From positions 50,818,788 to 50,882,787 of the forward strand of contig CM120640.1 in NCBI GenBank assembly GCA_051362555.1: a stretch of 64,000 bases of DNA, read 5' to 3'. Of the stretch, positions 39,345 to 53,073 are shown piece by piece (position 1 is the stretch's first letter; each line of letters starts with the position of its first letter). The DNA is from Lingula anatina (Eukaryota; Animalia; Brachiopoda). The notes under the pieces are model-generated. The model had not been told where the DNA came from. It worked only from the letters and a program-made list of their open reading frames with translations, and searched no databases. The translations under genes and the position numbers were made by a program.

Positions 39345-39576
39345 AGGGGAGACCGGGGCTAGTTGGACCCCGGGGTAAGTTGGCCCCCCATCAATTTATG
39401 ACAAAGTAACTATGGGGTAAAAGAATGATCACATGATTTTGTAAAGTGACCGTATCCAATAGTGCTAAAAAAGCGTCGGCAGTGAGTCCAAATGAAATAA
39501 TTTAGCATCTTAAAGTAACTTTATTAAAGAGACTTGATGGGGGCCAACTTACACTGGGGTCCAACTAGTCTCCCCT
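39345..39576. mobile_element. MITE (~230 bp) with ~50-bp TIRs, Tc1/mariner-pogo-like ends (GGGGAGACCGGGGCTAGTTGG)
   Basis: Left aggggagaccggggctagttggaccccggggtaagttggccccccatcaa versus right ttgatgggggccaacttacactggggtccaactagtctcccct-a, which has a short deletion. Confidence 0.8.
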
Positions 39577-42500
39577 ATGCTTCTGAGAAGACTGATGATA
39601 CAAAACGGGAAGCCACTGGTGACAGTTTTCGTCCATCTTTATCATTTTCTTCATACAGAGTGCAATGCTAAAGGTCTCTTTCTATGTCGTTCCAAATAGT
39701 AGATCTCAAGAGTTACGTGACTTACTTAGAACATACTAGCTGATGATATCTAATAGGAAAATCTTGCACACAAATCACTGCACGCCCTTCTGAAAAATAT
39801 TAGGAAACTGTTAGCCCGCTTTCATCAAACAGTGCATGTAACATTTAGCGCCAAAATCATTTTCAAGAGTGGATGACGGCATGAAACAAAGATTACTAAA
39901 TGATCGTTCTTAATTATCAAACTTTCGAGTGAAAACAAATCACTCGCGTGCAGTTACCTGTAATCCTCTGCATAAGTGTTACGTGTAGTGTTTTTGTGTT
40001 TCCACGCCACTACCATTCCGTATACAACAATTTTGAAGAAGCGAGAACCATAGGAGTTGCCGACTGCTACATATCAAACAACTGATTGCAGAAAATATGA
40101 GACTGCAGACGACTCCCCACCTTCATTTCCATGCTGCTCTCCTCTGTAAATTGTTGCATAAACCTAATTTACTCAAAGTGTGGTAATCAGAAAGTGGAAA
40201 TATCTACTGCAAAATGATTAATGTGAAATTGTAGCCAGCATCGTAATTTTTGGACGCATGAGTGTGTGTAATGATATACAGACGATATGGGCAGGGTTCC
40301 GATTTATTGATGATACTATTAGACATCTGCAAGAGTTTTTTTTTCGTTGAAAACAATTCAGGAATGGGTTCATCAACAGGGCACTTTCATTAGGTGGTTG
40401 TTCCCGGTCAATACTCATATATTCATACTGGTGTTTAGTTTGATACAAGTAGTTACACGGTACGTGACTTTACAATCCTCGACAACCTGTGCTGCCTTGA
40501 AAAGAAATGTAGTCTTACACATTTTTTTCTGCAGACATAAAATAACTAGTCTGAATCCGCGTGACTTGACGTTTTCCCGTTATGCTTCATTATGTAAAAC
40601 ATGTAAAACCATTGCAGTAAGTCTTATGAACAGGGACGTTGTTGCAAATATAAATAACTTGACTTTTAAACCATAGCTAACTGCTTAAAAGATCAATCAG
40701 CGAGCAAATATATCAGTAACGGAAAGTACTCCTGGTACCTTTTATCCCCTTAAATCCAGGCCACCTTTCTATATGACCACACTTTCCGTATATGTGTATA
40801 ACTTTGAACGTTCGCAATATACTTAAGGGTCAGTTTTTAAGGTATCTCCTAATGGTTCCACTAAAGTTATAAACACGCCTCCCTTGGTATTGAGTTATGG
40901 TGCACGTTCTTTATAAACAACACCCTCCTTAGTAACAACTATACAGAGCGATCACAGACCCATCAAAGGGCTCAATATACCAACAGTACCCTCCACCAGA
41001 GTCTCTTCTAGCTGTAACATTGTAACAGTGCAAGCACCTGGGACAACTAGAAGGCTCTCTCTCAGAATAGCCAACAGGTACTGAAGGGTTTCGTTTTTTC
41101 TTCCGACACGATAGCCGATTAGAATGGCATTAGGAATCGCTTGGAACAAACAACCCATGACAGTGGATCAATAACAGGACAGACTTTTGCTGATTTCCTT
41201 TGTAACCTTTAACGAAGCTAATAGATTGAGATGGATGGCCTATTCTGTAAGCTATTGACCAAAACAAACATTTAACTTAGCTTGATTTAATCGAACTTAA
41301 GAATTAGAGAATTTATTTTGGCGACGGGTATATTATCTTCATGTGGTTGTATATTTGAGATAAAAGGCCACATTGATGGTAAAAACGTTGAAAAGCAATA
41401 TAAAAAATACGTTAATTTATAGATCAGACAGGATTGATAGAGGAATGAAAACGACTAATAGCTTAATGCAATAAAATTAACTGATGTTTTTAGATTCTCG
41501 GTCGTTTTGCGATTGAATTCCCGGCGGTAGTAGACTTTTTCACTCTTACGGGGAAATCTACATAGATTTACAACGTCAATCCCGTCACCGATGCATGAAT
41601 TAAGACATATTGCACCTTAGTGATTTGAATATAGGTATTCATTCGATTACAAAGAGGTGTAGTTTGAGTTTTGCTGTTTAACTTGTGTGTCTTTAAAGGT
41701 AGTACCCGTGTGCTACTGACGTTGCGGTACTAGCTGGAGTGCTCCATTTATTTTACATCTAAAGAAGCGACAAGTGTGTTTAAATTAAATTGTGGATAAA
41801 TTAAGTAGCCACGAAGTACCCTTTTATGCACAATACTTTCCGCGATAAATATAGAAAAGAAAAACTTCCATTTACAATTGTTTTTTGACTGATTTCAAAA
41901 ACATACAGGATCAGTCCCCGGGACACATTCAGAAACGTGAACATGGATTTCATAAGAGCGAAACGTACGAGCAGACCTGCCACCGTTCACCGGTCACTTA
42001 TTTTCACAAAAGTGTAGCTCGCCATACACCTACGCGACTTCAAGGACATGGATCGTACAAAAAAACTGAAGTTCTGGCCTAAATGATTTTTCTTGCGATG
42101 TGCAACTAATGTGTAATTCCTTATCTATGCTACAGCGACATGGTCAGTCTCTGAAACACGCACCTTAATTTCCTGCAGCAAATCTTCATCGTGTCATTAT
42201 CTTAGTGTGCAACTGGAAGCAACTTTTTACTTCATAGCCATTGTCAGAACAGCTCAGTTTTTTTCACAAGGGGTTTTATTTAGATAACAAATGTCAAAAT
42301 GCAATCGCTTTTAATCTAGTGCACCCTTTTCCAACGTTTGTTTAGTCTTTGAAAGTATGCTTGTTACATTCACTGTAAACTCACGTCTCCTACTTAAAAT
42401 GGGACGTGATTGGATATAAATTATATATAGCCCACTTCATGAAACACGCTTAGTAACGTCTGTTTGAACTTTCGTCCACTTTTACCTATTCAGATTTATT

Positions 42501-42839
42501 TTTAATGACTGCCATTATATTTATGCCGAACAGAAAGAATTGCGGGTAACTATTCATAATTTAATCAATGCATTCACAATACAACTGCTGGTATCGCAAT
42601 TACGAAAATATTGATATTTCACATTAAAGCCTCTGTGATGTTGCATCAGCTTACATGTGAATTGAATGGCAAAGAAAAAATACCATTTTCAAAAGTAACG
42701 CATCATCAAAATTAGTGAAAGCCATGTGTGGTTTCCATCAATTATAAAAAATGGTCGACTGTTCTACTTAAGGCGGAAATTGACCGGTTTAGCCAAAGCT
42801 TCATAGCAGTTTTGTAGCCTATAATTCTAGTCTTGGTCC

Positions 42840-44190
42840 CATTAGTTAGACGTGCAATAATGTAGCATTGTTTGGCACAGTTCCAACTTGGAATCAAATG
42901 GAAATGCCACTGTCCCATGTGCTTTTGTTAAACAAAAATCGTCTGTTATCCACATAAGCTTTGAAAATTGAAGAGGTGCATGAAAATTGTACAGAACTTT
43001 GAATTTAAATTCCGCAAAGCTGTCTTGATGATAAATTTTACTAAACTTTGATTCATAGTTCACGTACTCAACAGCTTTCAGAGCAGCCGTGTGGTGTTCA
43101 GTAGAAACAGGATAGTCCAAATTCTCTGTGCTAGGATTAAGAGTTGTTCAATCTTTCAATTTAATAACTTCTTCCAGACTGCTACAGACTGCTAATAACA
43201 TTTTCAATCAGGATGGGACAACATTCCTTTCTAATGAGGTCACATAAGAACATTCTGAACAAATTGCGCCTGGATTCAAAATGAATATTGGCCAGATATT
43301 TAGTCCAAACTCACTGCAATGGGGCCAGTCTAAACGAGAAAAGCTATGGTGACCAGAGTACCACTGAAGGCGAATAAAATGGAAATATTTAAAATATTTG
43401 AGGATATGCACTCCTGGTAAAGTCAAAGACATGTAATATCGACCAGAAAGAGAGTGAAAGAGGCCATTCAGAATGAGAAGAGCCGAGTGCAAGCTAGGCC
43501 CTGCAGTCGTGTGAGAGGCGGAGAGACTATTACAGGATTAAGCGGTCTTCCTTTCATATAGGTCCGCCATATTTAGGTCGTGACCTAGCTAGCACTTGGC
43601 TCTTCTCATTCTGAATGGCCTCAAAATAGTATGCAAGTTCATGGAAGAAGACAGATTATCTGTGAAGCGACTCAAACATCTTCATCTTCATTGTGTTTAT
43701 ATTTTGGATTATGGCGTCTGAATTGGGCACCAATTGAGTCAAAACTTACACAGAAGCATTGCTGCAAAATAAAAATATCCATTCAAACTAGGACAATTAA
43801 GAACCAAAAGTATACACCTATGTGTGTGTATTTTTTTGTAGACGACTTCTTTCATTATTCTGGAACTTGAAAAAACTACTACATCTTCTTTACTCTAAAA
43901 AGCTTTATATTAATGATATAAAGATTTTTCAAATGCCTGCACAAACGTCTATATCTCTTTGTATGGCTGTGCTACGTAAATATGAGATATAATTAGTGGC
44001 AACCCAATGGTTAACGTTTCTTGCAAGCTGTCCAAAAATATATTGATTAAATACAAGTATTATCCACGTACCTAACCAGTTAACATTATCATCATACTCA
44101 AGATGGTTTCTGAACCTGGTGGTTAAGTTGTAATTATTATTTCTGTTAGAGGTACGTTTTGATATTTGAAGTATATCACTTGCCATAATA
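42840..44190 (-). mobile_element. Ancient L1/Tx1-type LINE ORF2 3' remnant, interrupted by a MITE
   Basis: Colinear degenerate motifs on the minus strand: DNVNWLGTWI...QLARNVNHW...ISYLRS (cf. KYLGI...KI...L..W....LS..GR), LTLPGV...YF...LQW (cf. GL.LP....Y..A..L.W), and SKIY...AEFKFKVLYN...LMWITDDFC (cf. zf-RVT). Confidence 0.45.
43460..43622. mobile_element. MITE (163 bp) with ~39-bp TIRs, GAGGCC...GGCCTC
   Basis: gaggccattcagaatgagaagagccgagtgcaagctagg versus cctagctagcacttggctcttctcattctgaatggcctc. AAA on both flanks. Confidence 0.85.
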
Positions 44191-45625
44191 TGTTGTGGAT
44201 GACTATTAATTCGACATGTATTCTGTATGTCCCCATGCTAACTGGCTGAAATTGTATTGTCTGGTTTTCAATGACCTTTGATAACGACGCACTGCGTTCA
44301 TTCCCACGTCGAATGATATAACAAATATTTTCTGGCACGCAGAAACAAGGGGAAAGATACTGTAAGTGAAAACCAAGTTTCTCGTGCTATGCATGCATAA
44401 GGGCAAGTGGAATATGCCTCAATAATGGATTATGCATTGTGCACACCACTTAATTTTACCAAACACCGCTAAGATTGGCGGTGATTAGTAAATCTGCTGA
44501 TCCTTCACATCAAAGTATATGCGCAGTGGCACACAGCTGAGACCTCATCATTAAACATCTTCATGTAGCACATAGATATGTCATATGGGATCATTAGAAA
44601 TAAGGACGTGAATTATTACACATTAAGCTGTAATGGCTGGTATAACAACCAGTAATAAGTGATGCAAAATGATCAAAAGTGGGTAGAACATCCCTATAGC
44701 AAATCTAATGTCAGCGATTACGGTGATCATAATCTCCGGTAGAATCCATCCAATTAGCGTAACTTCCCTAATATAGCACTCGCACTGACAAACATCAAAA
44801 TAGATTTTAGTGTTTCATAACGAAAACAATTACAAACACAATAAAGATACAGTCTTCGCAATTATCACTACAGATCCACTTCAAACTACGGGTATATTAA
44901 CTCTCTACATTTCACGGAACTAAACATGTCAATTGGGGCACAACAAGTGCTTTATAAACAATCACGGTACTGGCAATTTTTCTTGTTAACACACTGTAGA
45001 TTAATTTCTCTGCTCTATCTTAAACTGGATGAGTTCGACAAGTTTGTGCTAATCATACTCTGAGTCTCCCACATGTTACCTCAGGTTTACCTTAATCAAG
45101 GGTCGAAAAAGTAAAAACCAATATCAGCCCTCTAAGCTGCATCCTACTCCAAAGCACCTGGCGCTTCTTTAAAAAATAGTGATGAAGAGCAAAGTACCTG
45201 ACACGAACGGCAGTTCCGAACACGCGATCATCTGACTACCCCTTGATTGACTTGTCAGGTCTACCAGTATTCCATCACTTATAGTGAGATTATTAACGAG
45301 AGACATCCAACGGTTCCAAGAGCCGTAATGAAGTCAACACCTTCCTTTTCATCTTATGTTTATTCGTTGAGGGCCCTTGCGTCCGGATAAATATGGTTTT
45401 TGAATTCGATTACTTTCATTAGAGATGTTTACTGTCATTGGAAGTAAGGTAAGGATTTCAAGGGGTAATACAGCCATTCATGTTGTCGAAAAGCTTTACG
45501 CATTATACATGAACGTGCAACATTAGCTACAGTAAAGATAACCTATGCGAGGAACATCAAGGTGCCCACAGTCAGCTGGTTTTCCTTCCCAGCAAGTTCG
45601 TTAGTTTGCATTTTTTTTGTCATAT

Positions 45626-45665
45626 ACCAATTTATTTCTTCAGAAACCAATTTATTTCTTCAGAG
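45626..45665. repeat. 20-bp tandem duplication
   Basis: accaatttatttcttcagaa accaatttatttcttcagag. Confidence 0.85.
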
Positions 45666-48600
45666 AGTCGTGAGTACACTTAACGTCACTAACTATGATA
45701 GAGTGATTTTGAAATAAATGTAAAGCACATTTCTTGCATAAGCAGCCTGAAGTGGGAGAACTGTAATGCATTCACGCATCATGCCTTAATATTACTTATG
45801 AAGAGCTGCACAGCAATATAGCTAATGTAAAACCAATATTTACTTTATGGGTGATACTTCAAACAGAATATACCGATATCTATGCAATAGGTGAAGGTGG
45901 AAGAACATTATGCTTAATAACTCACCTGAATACAATGAATACATGAGTAGTGACTTTACACTGAGTTTGACCAAATGAAAATAGTGCGATATCAATGAAA
46001 TTCCGCTGGGATTATTTCAACACCGCGAGCTAAACAACAGGTGATAGTTAATGCTTGTTGAATGTTGGACAAGTTGCCTCCGCGCTTAAGTGTCGGAAAA
46101 CACGATTCTTTATTTTCGAAGAGCCCATTCCAACTCCGAGCAGTCCACAAATTACTTTATACATTTGATACCCAACCTTCTCTTACACTGCATTATCTCT
46201 TTTAATTTTCGCCAGTCTGTGCTTCATAAACATTTACCACGTGAAACGTAAAACGAGACCACCTGTACTTGATGTGGTCTAGGAGCATATGCATCAAATA
46301 CTGGGACATGGTTCTTACAATGTTCGGTTAAATGCAACGATTTTAAATTACCTGCAATGCACTTGTTCTTTTTGGGTTTAAAGGCATTTCATCATATTGT
46401 TCTACCGCGTGTGGAGACGTAGATAAGTCCAAATAATAAGTCCATATGCTTGCTCATTCGGAGTTGTCACAATTCATTAAGCATGGTCATTAAATGAAGC
46501 AACGAAGCTCTTTTATTCATCACACGGGTTACTATGTCTTTTAAATTGCAAAACTATTATTCAGCCATATGCATATTGTGATGCATTCAGTAAATTCTAA
46601 AAAGGCTTACTTAATCAAGTTTTGATTCAGTCATTATTAATTTAGGTAAGAAACATGACAGTTGGAATGGCTTTCCAAATACTAGTATTATGAAATATAA
46701 CACGTAGTTCATTTTTTCATAAGATTTGACCAGTTGTTGAAGGTCAATGAAAAGCAACAAAATAAGAACAATTGAATAAGGGAGAACATTATTGACCGTC
46801 TCTTTGTAGCAATACAGTGTAAATGATTTTAGTTATGATTTAAAGAAAGAAGGTCAATTTCAGTAGACTTCCTTTTGTTCCCTTTTGTTTTCTTCCGGAG
46901 GGAATGTGTGTATAAATAATATGATCCATTTTCATTCACGAAGCTAAATTTTACAGATAGCAGACAAGATTAGTGAATATTCTAAGAGTGATTCTGTACT
47001 ATCAATAGTGTGGTGCAATGTAAAGATGTGATTTCTATTAATTGACAATCAAAATGAATCCCATTGATGGCAAGTTGCAGAAACCAATAAGAGGACTAAA
47101 ATGTGCAATATTTGACAATGTATGGTAGCTGTATATTTTTTATGGATATTTTTCTTTTCCTAGGTGAAGCCTGCAAAATCCATTCTTAGTGCTTAAACTT
47201 GTTGAAGGTCAAACGTATGTGTCTCTGTCGCTGGAACGCTTTGCAAGATAATAAACAGATTCATCTACAAAACTTATCACTTACATATTACAAAAAGCAA
47301 CCATATCGGAAAGCGGATTAAACCTTTGATACTTGCGTTGTGGACTAGAAGCAATCTATTTTCGAGCACTAATTGACTAATTGTAAGTTACTAACACTCC
47401 TCTTATTACAAGTAACAGCTGCTTTTAAATTGTACCAACTTTGCCCTACCTCTTAATACGGTATTTCAATTAGACCTTGATAACCATCAACTTTCTTGAC
47501 AGCACACCCCAGGTGGCATGGAGGAATAACATAAAATGCGGCAGCAATTTGAGCACAGGGGTACCCATCCAGACCTATGGGCCTTCCGAATTAGATGAGC
47601 CAACAATTTCCAGGAAAGCAACTCGGTTTTCTGTTCCCCTTGAGAATAAACAAATATCTTGACGAGATGTATTTTTGGTAGGAAGACGGTGCTTTAAAGA
47701 TCACTTAATCGTATTGGTGCACTACAATTCTTGTGGTCTCGAAAACGTGCTATTTTTAATATACGTTCTTTGCATCATGGTTTGATCATCGTTTATTTCA
47801 ATAATAATAATAAATGTACTCAGAGCGTCGAATTTAAATGATCATCGTGTGTGCGGTAAAATGCATTACGCTCAATCCCAAGCTAAAACGTTCCTTGGCT
47901 TTTTACGATGTATTGGCATTCTTGCGGCACACATATTAAAAATCAAGTTAAGTTTGATTGTTCGCAAACATCAGACAAAAAGGTTTTTCAAATCTCCTCT
48001 CTGTCTGTGTATTCCATCCTTCTTTGCATACCAATGAGGCATAAGTAGAGAAAAGACACACATTTAAGTCATTTTATCATTTCCAATGCATTAACCAATT
48101 AATCTGTGTATTTGAATCAAAAAATTCAATTAGTTGATCAATACGTAGACTCCAGGTACACTAAAATGTCATGCATTAGAGTTATGTTTATGCATGTTTT
48201 ATCTCGTTCTCATTTCTTTAATCGGTTTAAATCTGCTGCTGGTATGACAATACCTGGATCGTCTTTTCAAATGAACAAAAACAAGTATCAATTTCAGTGT
48301 TATAAAGTGCATTTCTTGTCACATAACGTGCTGCAATTTAATAGCATAGACTTTAATTTGGAGTCCTTTGATAAAACTCCAGATTAGTTATTGCTGTCGC
48401 CTGGCAAAATTAACGGTGTTTTAATACTGGCACAATCTGATGTGGCTACAATCATGGAGTATTTTTCATCCTTGTCTCATATCCTCAGATATAATTTACT
48501 ATCAGCCTGAATATCGAACTGTATGGCAGTTTGTTTTTCTCTTACTGGCAATGACTCATATGGCCTCACACTATCTGAATAGATAAAGAACATTTTGCAA

Positions 48601-51600
48601 ATAAATCTTATTTTGAGAGTGTGTATGTATTTTTATGAAACCTATCTATTTAATCTTAACCCTGCTATTGAAATTTTCACACAACCATTCATATACATGC
48701 AACTCCACATTACAGAAAAATAAGTATTAATGTATACGGATTATAAAAATTTTGAGAAACATATCCACGCGTGTTTTTTATTATTTTTTTTAACAATCAG
48801 TTAATCGCTATCCTTAAACACACTAAATGTGAAAAGAAAATTGACATTTGGGACAATTGGAAAATGGTCTCAGTTATAACTCTTAGTAGCCTTATAGAAG
48901 TTTTTTCAAAGTGGTTAAAAACCGGTTTCGATCACGCAACCTGACACTTATCAGTTTCGGACATAATACATGGGTTACCTGACTCATTAAAGGGACTTAA
49001 CTGTTTGGCGCGTATGCTTGAAAAATTACAGAGCATATTCAGCTTACTAGCTGGGTCGGTCCAACTCTGCAGGGGTTTACGCTATTAAAGTGCAATCAGT
49101 GGAATCAGCTCAGTCAGCACACGATAGTTTTAACTATTAAAATAACCCCTAGATGCTCGAGGAGGCGTCTCAGACATGACAGGCAAAACTGAAACGAAAG
49201 AACAAGACCCTAAAACTTTTGTATACGCCAAGTTATAACGCATTTTATCTTAGCACTCTTACAATTACATGTTCTATCGATAGATGCGAGTGTTTGTGTG
49301 TGTTTTCGTAAGTACATGCATGTTAGCGTGTTTGCATTTATTGGGCATTTCTCCTGAAATAGTTTTAGTAATGACTACGTGCCTTTCATCTTTCCAAAGT
49401 CGAAAGATAATCCACTGGCAATTAATTTTATTGTTAGATTTGACTACTGTAGTATGCTTGCTCTGTGAAATCGAAATTTCATTTGTTTTCCTCACTTATT
49501 TATTTATTTATTTATTTCAATTTTTCTTTTCTTTTTTTATTGTCATCTTTTTGATTTGCTTCACACTGGATGATGAAATCATCAATCAAAGAAAGCATTA
49601 CTATACTTTAGAACATTATGCCCGTGTTGTCTGCAGTGCTTTATCATAGAAACAGCTGAAATCATCCATGAAATTGTCCAATCTATATGCATACCTTTAT
49701 CTCGGATCTGTTATGATATATCTCATCGCAAACGACCTGGCTTGGGCATAATATCACGCCAAATGGCACACAAAGAAAGATGAAGATAATAAATGATATC
49801 ATGTGAAAGTACAGCCAATCTGATGCCTTCATTGATCTCTGGTAAATGCTTATCAGTATAAAAGCTGAATACGTGCATAAAATACCTATTGAGAAATGTA
49901 AAAGAGCAAAAATACAACACGACTTTGATAAATTTCTTTCAATTGTATTTCCTGATAATATTTAAAGGACAAAGTACAGTTATTTTAAAGATCCAGTCAA
50001 GGGGAAAGTACAACCAAAGGTCACCTTCGGGCACCTTTCGAGGGAGTTACGTTACGCTCAGCGTACGTAGCTTGATTTATTCTTTATGGTCTAAACTGAC
50101 CCAAGAACCGCAAGTACCGAGTGTTTGCCAGAGTGAGAACTTCGGTGTTCAGTTTGCTGTGCCAGAGCTCAACACCTAGTATATTTATTGCACAATTAGT
50201 GCCAAGATACCAAAGAGACCAAACGTCAGTAGGTTGCTCTCAGATGTATGCTTTTTGCTATTGGTATACGTGCATTCTGATGAGAAAATCTGGTCCCTTC
50301 CCGTCCTTGCCATTCTTTGAATGTGAAAAACACGCACTTCGATCGGAATGAATAAAGATTAAATTTAGCCATACAATTATAAATATTTCCACGTCCTGGC
50401 GGCATTTGCAGTAAGGAGGCTTTTTGTCCCTATACCCTAACAGGTCCCCCTTACTTAATCATCATTATAGTTCAGCCAACCAAACACTGGTACAAAAAAA
50501 AAAGGAAATGAGCTACGAGAAAGTCCAGATCTGCAGGTTATTTAGAAATTCATTATTATCTATACAATTTTATCCCATACTATTATAGATCAAATATTCA
50601 CATAGCGGCTAAATAGGATCCAACCATCTTTTAACCCGATCATACATATTTTAACATGTTTTAAATTTTTAAAACTGTAGTTAGATGAAGTTGTTCAGTT
50701 TGCTGCATGTGCTTTAAAGTAACATGAAATCTATTCACACAAAAATCCAGAATCCACGCAAAAGAATAACGTATCGATATGCTTCAGGACTATAATGTGC
50801 ATATCAAAACTGAAAGACACTCTAATGAGACGCGTGGTTTTCCATAAGAAGAACCAGATTTGGAGGCTTAGTACCTCTTATGTTCCTAACAAGTGTTCAC
50901 TCACCTGAAGGCAGGGCGGACTGCTCCGTGCCTACATGTATCTCTAAATGCGCTGTCTAACTGAAACATCTGACAAATGCATTCCTAACGTAAGCTATAA
51001 GGCGCCCAAGTACTCAAATCAACACGATTGGGATAAGTTTACGCACCATGCGTAGCGAGGCAGGAGCCTATTTGTTCCTCTGACTGAGATGTCTACGTTT
51101 GAATGTTACGTGGATTCCCACTAAAGCCTAACAACTGGTCCCCAATATTACGCACTCGACAGATAGTGACGTCCCTCGGATATTTTACTTCCGTAAGCAT
51201 TAGTGACAATAAATCGCACTAAGGAATAGAACTGTAACGAACTTTGACGGACATATCCTCATTCCCATTTTGCATCTCGACAAAGAAAGTGCTTCATCAA
51301 CATTACAACGCAAAGTGGAACCCCAATAAGTTCCCCCTGCACTGCATTGCCGCTGTACAAATATACAGGTAGGAGCAGCAAATAAAGTCAAAACCTCGAA
51401 ATCCATGGAAATGGTTCACAAGATCATTCTTGTGATGTATCATTTTTAAATGGTATTAGCCAATAAATCTATATAGTGCGAGGCATTTAGTACTCAAAGA
51501 AGAGATTTACTTTCATATACATAATACCAACATTGAAACCATAAATGTTAGTTTATAGCTTCTGCATCGACCCTTCTTCTTATTATGTCTGAACGTAGAT

Positions 51601-53073
51601 AAAATTTCATCGATGGCCCCTTCGCTGTAGCATTTTTAATATGATTATAGCACCTCCCATCAGCATCAGCGCATTGCCCGGAAGACGAGCATCACATCTA
51701 ACACACTATATGACGCACATCGCACGTCGGCACATCAGATCCAATGCCATCCGTCTTCGTGACACCTGCGAGACAAACGTTGATACAGCCTGTCCTGGTG
51801 GAAAAAACTGTCCTTAGAAACAATCGATTATATTCGTAATACGTTGATTAAATAATCCTTGTGAGACAGTGCATTATTGCTTCTCCAGTGGATATAGAAT
51901 ATGATTGACGTTAAGACAACAGAGAAAGACAAGCTATGGAGTGAACTTAAATTAATCTTGTTTTCAAAGTCAAAAGGAATGCTATAAAGGCTACATACCA
52001 ATGACGATATATGCAGTAGACTCCATATGATATGTTCAAGTACATCCGATCTTAAATATTTTCATCTGAGGTAAAAAGAGTTGTGGAAATGATGCGTTCA
52101 ATCTATGTAAACCCTATTAATCGAGTCATACATGACATTTATGAAAAAGAAAAAGCTTCTGGAACAATCAATGTTGAATTATCATTCAACTTCTTCGTTA
52201 ACTTTGTAATGCTTATTTCCCCTTCAATAACGATTAATGTTTAATTCAGTACAGTTTAGGCATTTCCAGGTTCTCTTCCCTTGACATTTTAAATACTCTT
52301 TTCTTTTCATGATAAGTCACAATTAAACAAAAATGCAATCGATTTTAAGCCAGGATTTCATCATGCATGCAGATGGTAACAATTCTTCGTAGGTATAACG
52401 CCGAAGCGTTTCAAAGTAACCTTCAATTAAGACTAGTGATAACAGTGTAGGCAATAAATTATGTTGGCACATCCATGCTTTAATGCGTTACACAACATAA
52501 GCAGCTCTGTGCTGTTCTTGTTTGTTCTATTCTGCTCTGTTTTGTTTTCTTGTTCTGTTGGGTTTAGATACATGTACAAATCAGGCACACGTTTTAAAAT
52601 GTCCGACCATTAAATATCGACATAATTTTTTATCCGCATACAGTTCCACAATTCTTGCTATGAAAAAGACGAGGGTTATATTATGGGATACACGATGGGC
52701 CAACTTGATGTCGATTAAAGTCGTCAATTATAAGATAAAGTGACGGGAATCATTGTTACGCTTTCATTTGGATATTAATCAAACAGAATAATCGGGAAAA
52801 CCTTTAACTGCATTTTCCAGATCATAAATGGGTTGATACTTCATTCATGAGTCACACAAGGTAACTTTTATGTAATCTCCGTTCTAAATCAAATTTGCTA
52901 AAAAATTCAAAACAACTGTTACTACAGAAACTGTAATGTTTCATTTTGATCCCCGTCAAAGAAAACAAAAAATAAGCAAAAGTTGCACGGGCCTACCACC
53001 TATTACCTGGTGTATCAATTGCAATAATACAACTCAGTTCTAAATGATTTTGATCAGGAAGCCATCTACTTAA

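Noticed and set aside
40952-41158. ORF faintly like a LINE ORF2 extreme C-terminus (AILIGY...LQYLLAILRESL)
   Set aside because: A single weak motif with no supporting neighbours.
49284-49649. Hydrophobic 121-aa ORF (also 59480-59881)
   Set aside because: Produced by T-rich low-complexity DNA and microsatellites. No splice or homology support.
52428-52442. AAGACTAGTGAT, a partial match to miR-7
   Set aside because: Lacks the 5' seed bases (TGG) and there is no hairpin.
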